From Octopus sinensis (taxonomy: Eukaryota), in the NCBI RefSeq assembly GCF_006345805.1, contig NW_021829068.1, positions 1 through 7,017 on the forward strand: 7,017 nt of DNA, written 5' to 3'. Positions 1 to 6,911 of this stretch are shown here, piece after piece. The notes under the pieces were generated by a model. It was given only the letters and a program-made list of their open reading frames with translations. It was not told where the DNA came from and did not search any database. Made by a program: the position numbers and the translations under genes. Numbering within the stretch: the stretch's first letter is position 1; every line of letters starts with the position of its first letter.

Positions 1-69
1 ATATATACATATATACATATATACATACATATATATATATACAATATATACAGATAGATAGATAGATAT

Positions 70-121
<52 letters not shown>
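1..121. repeat. Compound microsatellite: degenerate (TA/CATA)n then (GATA)n
   Basis: Seen directly: TA/CATA mix at 1-51, near-perfect (AGAT)n at 52-121. Confidence 0.97.
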
Positions 122-122
<1 letters not shown>

Positions 123-228
123 GTTCAAATTTGCAGAAAACAAAAGATGAAGACAGTTGTAGGAACAACAAGCAGGTGTATTAGTTTAACGCTCAGCAAG
201 AATTGAAAAGTCTTTAACGTTTCGAGCG
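122..228 (-). mobile_element. Truncated Penelope-like-element-associated repeat fragment (half hammerhead-like motif)
   Basis: Shares the exact 16-mer TTTAACGTTTCGAGCG (213-228) with 2074-2089, plus a similar A-rich flank. On - it reads CGCUC-GAAA-CG-UU-AAAG, the 3' half of the motif at 2073-2107. Abuts a microsatellite, as the other copy does. The Penelope-like assignment is inference. Confidence 0.5.
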
Positions 229-415
229 TGTCTTTGTATCTGGGTCTGTCTCCACCATGCCGCTTGACAACCAGTTTCGGTTTGCGTACGTCCCTATAAT
301 CTACCGGTTTCCCAAAAGAGATTGATAGAATAAGCACCAGACTAAACTTTAAGTACTGCATCATCACGGCAGTGCCCCAGCATGGCCGCAGTCCTGTAAT
401 TGAATCAAGTAATTG
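229..415 (+). mobile_element. Degenerate 3' body of tRNA-derived SINE (same family as 5421-5969)
   Basis: Collinear with the reverse complement of 5455-5640: TGACAACC, AAAAGAG, GATAGAATAAG and an exact 17-mer CCAGCATGGCCGCAGTC (377-393 vs 5464-5480). Head is absent and there is an internal deletion. Confidence 0.85.
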
Positions 416-439
416 ATAAACGATAACATATAAAACACC

Positions 440-570
440 GAGTCGTTAGAGTGTCGGATAAGCTGGTTTCCGTTATTCGTTTTAGCTGACGACACTCTAA
501 CAGCTCTGTCCACTCGTTGCCCTGCGATTTGAAATCGAATTCAACTTTCATTCTTTCATCCTTCGGAGGC
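440..570 (+). mobile_element. Rearranged, degenerate SINE-like fragment containing an inverted head segment
   Basis: A 12-bp perfect inverted repeat (445-456 / 490-501) is seen directly. Resemblance of GTTAGAGTGTCGG... and ...CTTTCATCCTTCGG to an octopus SINE is recalled, not searched. Confidence 0.4.
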
Positions 571-715
571 ATTAAGAGGAATGTTGCGAGGGAAAGGCAA
601 TTTGAAGAAAATCGATTATTTGCATCTAATCGAAGGCAATTCCATAGAAAATGAATTAGTAAAAAGGACTGATATTTTGAGAAGTCCTGTCAATTACAGA
701 AATGATAATACGTGG
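571..715 (+). pseudogene. Probable R4/Dong-clade non-LTR retrotransposon ORF relic (region upstream of RT)
   Basis: 571-651 translates IKRNVARERQFEENRLFASNRRQFHRK, resembling the R4/Dong-type motif RRY..R..QY.QNRLF..NQ..FYR. After a frameshift, 668-715 gives TDILRSPVNYRNDNTW, resembling W..IW..PV.HN...W. Motif recall only. Confidence 0.5.
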
Positions 716-1038
716 AATTAGCCCTTTACCTGCCCTGTGTATCATATGTGATACACATGAGATATTTTTCTGGTGTCCTTGCATTGTATATGATACACAT
801 TCCTATTTTTTCTGGGGGGGTTTTTAGCCAGCAGAGTAACTTGGGGCTCTCAAACAAAGACATCTCTTTCAAAACAGACCCTACTGTTAAACAAAGGGAA
901 TACATTGCATAATACTCTCCTTGATGCACAATGCCAGAATATAGTTGGATTATCATGGATGGAGCGTCCTTGGTCATAATCTATTTACCTACAACCTAAT
1001 TAAAAAAACAATATAAACACTTTATTAATCAATAACAT

Positions 1039-1054
1039 ATAATAATAATGATAA

Positions 1055-1091
<37 letters not shown>

Positions 1092-1092
1092 A

Positions 1093-1130
<38 letters not shown>
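1039..1130. repeat. (AAT)n-(ATT)n-(AAT)n microsatellite with strand switches
   Basis: Seen directly: (ATT)n at ~1055-1088 abutting (AAT)n at ~1089-1130. Confidence 0.97.
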
Positions 1131-1131
<1 letters not shown>

Positions 1132-1923
1132 ATAGCATAATTTATTTTGCGCAATTAAGGCTTCTTGATTCGTTTAAATCTCTTAACTTGTACAAACTCT
1201 ATCAGAATAAATATTATTGATGGCTGTTTACGTTATTAATTGCCTTAATTAATACAAATAAGGGCGATGGGGTAGTAGACAAAATTAGAATTGAATGTTA
1301 TACGACATTAAATTTTCTCCGATCTGATCTTATACTAGACTCGACTCACCTTATCACTATTTCCTGATGTTGTCAACAGGGAGCAAGGAGTGCTCAACAA
1401 ATAGGATTACAGTTCCCTTAATGATGCCATGTGTGAATGGCAGTCTATAACTAGAAAACAGAGCAGGTTGGGAAACAATTGAATAGTCCATCTAACAATG
1501 GAACGTAATGCCCGAAAACTGCAGGATGTTGGGTCCATAGTTGACTTTACTATTCTGTGCGTGATCGCAGTACACGTTCGAGAGACAGTCATATTGCTCG
1601 CAAAATATCACATCCTAAGAGATAAACATGGAGTGCTTAAATGAAAACAGTTCCACTAGCCCTACCTGAATAAGTGCCGTCCTTTGTGTTGTAATGTGCG
1701 ATCATCTACAGCCATGCTGAAAATCCGTTTTAGATAAATTCACAAAAGCAGAGCAACTGTTGATGAGAATCTTGAGAAAATTTTTTTGCTACATTTATCA
1801 CAGCAACAAAGAGAATTGGAACAAAATCGGGGCTAAGTAAGGGTTCAAGGCAGGCATGTGCCTGTATCTGTTACAGAGATATGCTTACAACGAGGAAGTG
1901 GTTAAGGCGCCCGATAAAGAGAT

Positions 1924-1928
<5 letters not shown>

Positions 1929-1988
<60 letters not shown>
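1929..1988. repeat. (TA)30 microsatellite
   Basis: Seen directly. Confidence 0.98.
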
Positions 1989-1992
<4 letters not shown>

Positions 1993-2165
1993 TTAATCCA
2001 AACATGAAAAACAAAGAGAAACACAACAACGCGAGGACGTGGAACCAATATAGTATTATTATAGTATTAAGGGTTTAACGTTTCGAGCGGAGCTCTTCGT
2101 CGGAAACATAGGAGAAGGAAAGATCCAGAGAAGGGAAGACAGAGGAAAAAGAATCGCCAACGGTA
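1989..2165 (-). mobile_element. Non-autonomous Penelope-like-element-associated repeat fragment ending in (TA)n
   Basis: Contains the minimal hammerhead-like fold at 2073-2107, is related to 122-228, and its - strand 3' end runs into (TA)n. Left-to-right extent is approximate; family assignment is inference. Confidence 0.55.
2073..2107 (-). ncRNA. Minimal variant type I hammerhead-ribozyme-like motif
   Basis: - strand reads GUUU-CCGACGA-A-GAGC-UCC-GCUC-GAAA-CG-U-U-AAAC. Stem I GUUU/AAAC, stem II GAGC/GCUC, palindromic ACGU helix III. Deviations: U4C, an extra A after A9, U at position 17. Confidence 0.5.
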
Positions 2166-2262
2166 TATAAAAGATACTGTATACATGAATATATATATAA
2201 ATATAATGATAACAAAGAAAAACCTCAAGGTAATAATTTTAAACGTCTTATTGTTTTAACTA

Positions 2263-2362
2263 TAATCCACTGATGAGTACAAAAAGACATTATATGATAA
2301 TAATATGCATTATTTCTTTGATGATATCATGCTCTTTTTGACAGAAACAGCTGTCTGGGATA
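2263..2362 (+). ncRNA. Type I hammerhead-ribozyme-like motif with extended stem II
   Basis: CUGAUGA 2270-2276; long bulged hairpin 2277-2342; GAAA 2344-2347; palindrome ACAGCUGU 2347-2354; predicted cleavage after GUC (C2355). Stem I is UCCA 2266-2269 / UGGG 2356-2359, extended by two pairs past an A-A mismatch. One extra A (2343) precedes G12. Confidence 0.7.
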
Positions 2363-2473
2363 ATTGAATAAAAGAATAATCCTTCATTAACAACAAAATC
2401 TGCTTCACTTCATTTTATTTGATGGCATTTATTGAACTCCGTTTAATGAATTAATTCTTATAATGATCATTCG

Positions 2474-2474
<1 letters not shown>

Positions 2475-2516
<42 letters not shown>

Positions 2517-2650
2517 AGAGAGATAATACATACACAATATATATATTTATATTTATACATTATATATATGTGTGTATATGTGTATATTATTTTATACTTA
2601 TATACATACACACAATATATGTATACACTGTAGTATGTAGACATATAATC
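2475..2650. repeat. (TA)15-(GA)n followed by degenerate TA/TG/CA low-complexity tract
   Basis: Seen directly: TA 2475-2504, GA from 2505, degenerate tract thereafter. Confidence 0.92.
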
Positions 2651-2689
2651 ATGAACGACTTGCTTTACACTATATCTTCTTGTGAATAA

Positions 2690-2940
2690 TTATATATATT
2701 ATATATATATATATAAATATATATTTATATATATATATATATATATATGGGGGGTGTATGTATATATATATATATATAATATAATATATAATATATATAT
2801 ATACATATATGTATACATATATGTATACACACATATGTATACATATATGTATACACACATATGTATATATATATACACACACCACATGTATGTATGTATG
2901 TATGTATGTATGTATGTATGTATGTATGCATGTATACATG
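2690..2940. repeat. Compound microsatellite (TA)n / G6 / palindromic 12-26-nt units / (TATG)n
   Basis: Seen directly. A 26-nt unit is repeated at 2816-2841 and 2842-2867; (TATG)n lies at ~2886-2930. Confidence 0.95.
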
Positions 2941-3740
2941 TATTTAATAAGTGTAGTGAATAGGCTAAAATGATAGATCAATGGACAAAATGAATATTGA
3001 TTGTAAGATAAAATTTTGTCTCAAACAACACGTCGGACAACTATAATTGAAAATAATTGCATATCTGAGGCGCTGGGCCTGGGAACTGCACTTCCTGTAT
3101 GTAGATATACCCAGTGAAAGCTAAATAAGGCTTTTCAACTGCTCACCTCTCGCGACATATCGCAATACTATAAGAAACCCCGTCCGGAAATGGATATGCT
3201 TTAAATTAAAAGAAAATATTTAAATTTACGATAGTTCGTAATCCCGTTCATGATATTTTTTCATCGCTTGCCGACATTGAACGGTCGAGATGAAGAGGGA
3301 GTATAAACCAAACAAACGTAAGAGTGAAAAGCCACGCATCGCTGAAGCATAATTTTTATCCTCACATCGAGGAAGCCATCTTATGCATAATGTAAACGGA
3401 TACACAACCAGAACTTTATCATCATCGGAAATTTATTGAAATATTTATATAGTATGACTGATATGAAGTGAATTGATAAAATGCAACTCGTGACTTTTGT
3501 TGCCATAGAAAAACGGGGTGACAGAAAAATCATGCAGAGAGAACAGGCAAAGGAACGTCGAAAGCCGAACTACTCCGTCGTGTGCGTCAATCACTGATAA
3601 GAAGGCTCGCAAGTTTTATTGCAATAACAGGAGAATACCGGGAACTTATAGAAGGGTTCGTTTCGACAAAAATAAATAAATAAAATAAAATGGAGTTCGT
3701 GTTGTCTTATGTACTGTGTCATGGGTACGCAATATGGAGT

Positions 3741-4094
3741 TTGAAGAGGACTCCGTCGGTTACGAATGACCATGGGTGCACCTAAAAGGTTCCCCACCGG
3801 GGTACAAGTCTGGGCGGAAAGTCGCCTCGCTGGCAAATACATAACCTAGCGTTGTTTTTATGGAAGACTACCAGTCGCCCATGCATACCAGCCTCTCCTC
3901 TCCACGCCACCGCTATTATCCAAGGGAAAGGCACCAGTGACGTCGCAACTCATTTCTACAATTCAGTGGACTGGAGCAATGTGAAATAAAGTGTGTTGCT
4001 CAAGAACACAACACGCCGCCCGGTCTGAGAATCGAACTCACAATCTCACAATCGTAAGCTCAACGCTCTAACCACTGAGCCATGTGCCTTCACA
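3741..4094 (-). mobile_element. Full-length tRNA-derived SINE (354 bp) with 11-bp target-site duplication
   Basis: Perfect direct repeat CAATATGGAGT at 3730-3740 and 4095-4105. Pol III A box TGGCTCAGTGG (4082-4072) and B box GTTCGATTCTC (4037-4027) on -. Downstream GTTCTTGAGCAACACACTTT resembles a CORE-like SINE central domain. Confidence 0.9.
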
Positions 4095-4155
4095 CAATAT
4101 GGAGTGGGCTCATTGAAATAAACAGCTGGAGTATAAGGATCTTAAAGAATCGTAT

Positions 4156-4357
4156 GTTAAAGTTAAAGTTAATTTTTTGGCTCAAAAAGCAAGGCCATGT
4201 AGGGGGACATGGAGTTATGTACAGGGAGGGTGTTCATGCAAAGAGTTCAGGCCATTTCTGGTCAACAGAGACTTTGAACCGAGCGGTCGTCGGCATCTTC
4301 ACTATCTCGTCCGGCAGCTTATTCCACGGATCCGCAACCCGGGCGGAGAAAGCCCCC
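4156..4357 (-). mobile_element. 5'-truncated CR1-clade LINE 3' end
   Basis: ORF2 C-terminal peptide, short 3' UTR with a CCATGT/ACATGG stem-loop (4195-4212), and a short tandem tail (TAACTT)n at 4156-4172. Confidence 0.88.
4234..4356 (-). pseudogene. CR1 ORF2 C-terminal fragment (40 aa + stop)
   Basis: GAFSARVADPWNKLPDEIVKMPTTARFKVSVDQKWPELFA* matches the CR1 ORF2 terminal pattern FS.RV...WN.LP..VV....L..FK..LD..W. Confidence 0.88.
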
Positions 4358-4606
4358 AGACCGCGGAGCAGCACCAGGCCGCGGAGCAGCACCGTGGATC
4401 ATTTGGTATCAGGCCACGCAAAAAAAAATTAATTTTCAAATTCTATTTCTATTTTTGATTGACAATTTGCAGTCTGCAGGATATTTTGCATTATATATGT
4501 AATAAATAAAATATATATTATGTATTTTATTGTGTTTTGTTATGCGCGTTATTTCCCGGTCTGTGAAAAAAATTGATTTGCATGAAATCGATCCGTGTGG
4601 CAACAA
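4353..4606 (+). mobile_element. Degenerate hAT (Charlie/MER1-like) MITE relic, outer TIRs lost or decayed
   Basis: 4353-4384 and 4555-4606 align by eye at about 70-75% to the subterminal segments of the MER1/Charlie3 consensus as recalled (CCCCCGGGCCGCGGACCGGTACCGGTCCGTGG ... CCCGGTCCGTGGAAAAATTGTCTTCCACGAAACCGGTCCCTGGTGCCAAAA). AT-rich interior; no TSD found. Confidence 0.55.
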
Positions 4607-4777
4607 ATAAAAATCCGTTGACGACTGAGAGTGAAAGTGTACGGTACAACCACTGCAAGAAGTTGTGGATTGATAGGTATGAGTATAATATTTTTGCTGG
4701 GCGTTGAAGTTAAGAAGAAAACAACAGAAATGAGATAGATGACTCTGACAGAGGACAGCGTTGTCTCGTAGTATAAA

Positions 4778-5175
4778 CTAGCAGTATCGCCCGGTGTTGC
4801 TCGGGTTTGTAAGGGAAATAACTATATAAGCATTTTTAGAGAGTTATAGCCACAAAATAGCAAAAAAATGCATTAAAAATGGAAAAAAAATTATGGTAAA
4901 TTTTTTTTTTAATCGTTGACTCATCGTAGACATTTTTAGAGAGTTACTTCCCTTATATAATAGCGAAAAAATGCATTAAAAGGAAAAAAATTATGGTAAA
5001 TTTTTTTTTTAATCGTAGACTCATCGTAGACGCGCGCTAATACCCAGAAGGGCTCGATATGAATCACGACTATAAGATACCCGGTTTTGGTTAAACTGCA
5101 CCGCAAAATGTGGGAGTAGTTAGGAATCTAAATCGTAGGAGACAGACACACAACTTCACTTTTATATATAAAAGA
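4778..5175 (-). mobile_element. Complete non-autonomous Helitron (398 bp)
   Basis: - strand begins TC (5175-5174) after A5176 and ends CTAG (4781-4778) before T, i.e. an AT target with no TSD. GC-rich hairpin CCCG..CGGG (4790-4805) lies 8 nt from CTAG. Internal 100-bp tandem duplication. Confidence 0.88.
4831..5030. repeat. Two-copy 100-bp tandem duplication inside the Helitron
   Basis: Units 4831-4930 and 4931-5030 both start CATTTTTAGAGAGTTA and end GACTCATCGTAGA. Confidence 0.95.
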
Positions 5176-5420
5176 TATAACAAATGGTTGTTAAAGCAAT
5201 GGGTTTTACTGATGGCAAGTAATGGGCCGTTATCAAACAGAATGATTACAATTGCCTCTGACTCGGGTATCAAACTTGTCTCTACATGGATAACAAAGAA
5301 ATATGCAATATGCTTTGCTGTGGACCGCATATTTTCGTGTTCCTTTGTAGTATATTATCAGAAAAAGACTTATTTCTAACATCGCTGATTGCAAAAACAA
5401 ATAAATTCCATACTGTATCC

Positions 5421-5653
5421 TACTCTTTTACTCTTTTACTCTTTTACTTTTTTTCAGTCATTTGACTGCGGCCATGCTGGAGCACCGCCTTTAATCGAGC
5501 AACTCGACTCCGGGACTTATTCTTTTGTAAGCCCAGTACTTATTCTATCGGTCTCTTTTGCCGATGAACCGCTAAGTAACGGGGGACATAAACACACCAG
5601 CATCGGTTGTCAGCAATGCCAGGGGGACAAACACAGACACACAAACATACACA

Positions 5654-5743
<90 letters not shown>

Positions 5744-5745
5744 CA

Positions 5746-5785
<40 letters not shown>

Positions 5786-5969
5786 CATATATATATATTA
5801 TATATATATATATATACATATATACGACGGGCTTCTTTCAGTTTCCGTCTACCAAATCCACTCACGAGGCTATAGTAGGGGTCACTTGCCCAAGTGCACG
5901 CAGTGGGACTGAACCCGGAACCATGTGGTTGGTAAACAAGCTACTTACCACACAGCCACTCCTGCGCCT
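5421..5969 (-). mobile_element. Full-length tRNA-derived (CORE-like) SINE with internal microsatellite
   Basis: A box TGGCTGTGTGG (5958-5948), B box GGTTCAGTCCC (5915-5905), CTTGGGCAAGTG central motif, internal TA/CA array, and an 8-nt tandem tail (AAAGAGTA)x3.5 at 5421-5448. Homologous to 229-415 and 6912-7017. Confidence 0.92.
5636..5824. repeat. (CA)/(TA)n compound microsatellite inside SINE
   Basis: Seen directly. Confidence 0.96.
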
Positions 5970-6009
5970 AGTGTACATTTTCCATGTAGTTGGCATTTTT
6001 GTTGATGTT

Positions 6010-6085
6010 TAGATTCAAATCAACTCTGATCATATTGATTTATGCTCGAAGGCTTTCCAATCATGAACGCCCCATCATTTTCTGC
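6010..6085 (+). repeat. Possible old degenerate interspersed-repeat fragment
   Basis: TCAACTCTGATC...GAAGGCTTTCCAATCATGAACGCCCCATC resembles an octopus interspersed repeat from memory only. No second copy in the window. Confidence 0.25.
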
Positions 6086-6217
6086 ATCTAGGATTGCATT
6101 GTCCAGCTATTGCAGGATAGAGAGACGGTCTTCTAAAGTGCTAAGATTGTTATGATTTTCAATCGAGAGCTGATAAGGTAAATGCCTCGCTCAAACTCTA
6201 GATAGGTTTTCATGTAC

Positions 6218-6294
6218 GTATGTATGTATGTATGCGACACTTTGTACTCTGTTAACACGTTAGCACTGAAAATGACCTGACATACATACATACA

Positions 6295-6326
<32 letters not shown>

Positions 6327-6616
6327 CATCCATACATACATACATACATACATACATACATACCCACTCATACATACTACACACAACATACATACCACCA
6401 CACACACACACATACATACATACATACAACACACACACATACATACATACATACACACATGCATACACACATCCATACATACATACATACATACATACAT
6501 ACATACATACTACATACTACATAACACACACACACACATACATACATACATACATACATACATACATACATACATACATACATACATACATACATACATA
6601 CATACATACATACATA
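6218..6616. repeat. (TATG)4, 46-nt spacer, then long (CATA)n/(CA)n compound microsatellite
   Basis: Seen directly: 6218-6234 and 6281-6616. Confidence 0.97.
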
Positions 6617-6911
6617 GGGAATGAGCGACACAGAGTGAGGTGGAGTGTATTCGTTGAGAGGTCGAGGTAAAAAGCGATAGAACGCTGACTCTGCGTCGCT
6701 TGCTTTGAGTTTGTGAAGTTACACGTTCTCTCGTGGCAAATTGCTCAATAATAAAATGAATTTTCAATTGGCAGTAAGAAAATTACTATTTATTACCAAA
6801 CTAACGTTGCAGTCCATAGAAATAGGACGAATGCTGCTGTTGATTAGCTCCGAAAGGCGGTCGCCTCTAGCTAGCTTTATGACATCCATAAGCCTTTATG
6901 CGTCCATAAAC

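Noticed and set aside
125-367. 80-aa minus-strand ORF with a hydrophobic N-terminus resembling a signal peptide
   Set aside because: It spans the antisense of a SINE body and a separate repeat fragment across their fusion point; no recognisable domain.
486-545. CUGACGA followed by GAAA at 531-534 as a possible third hammerhead
   Set aside because: No stem II closing the core, no convincing helix III or stem I; the heptamer is explained by the inverted-repeat arm.
1495-1641. Open frame containing DFTILC...H.R...ILL.K, faintly like the R4 restriction-like endonuclease region
   Set aside because: The key RPD catalytic motif is absent and flanks do not match; too weak without a BLASTX hit.
1881-2981. 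Several ORFs rich in YI, YV and MYVC repeats
   Set aside because: Translations of stop-free TA/CA/TG microsatellites.
3481-3597. 38-aa ORF MQLVTFVAIEKRGDRKIMQREQAKERRKPNYSVVCVNH
   Set aside because: Short, with no recognisable motif or splice support; expected by chance.
4027-4094. tRNA-like sequence as a tRNA gene (also 5905-5969 and 6912-6975)
   Set aside because: A and B boxes are present, but there is no complete cloverleaf or acceptor stem and each continues into a SINE body.
4361-4393. Short direct repeats as a CRISPR-like array (also considered 4831-5030)
   Set aside because: Only two copies, no unique spacers of regular length, eukaryotic context, no cas genes.
4082-4458. Overlapping plus-strand ORFs of 116 and 93 aa
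   Set aside because: Antisense to the CR1 ORF2 end and crossing SINE, CR1 and MITE junctions; the informative frame is on the minus strand.
5091-5700. ORFs of 79, 89 and 103 aa
   Set aside because: They cross Helitron or SINE boundaries and microsatellites; no domain similarity recognised.
5401-5990. Target-site duplication for the 5421-5969 SINE
   Set aside because: Only a 4-nt CCTA match and a non-adjacent TTCCAT; not significant.
6875-6910. Two small adjacent TTATG..CATAA hairpins (degenerate 19-nt duplication) just before the SINE
   Set aside because: Five- to six-bp AT-rich stems are too weak to support a function.
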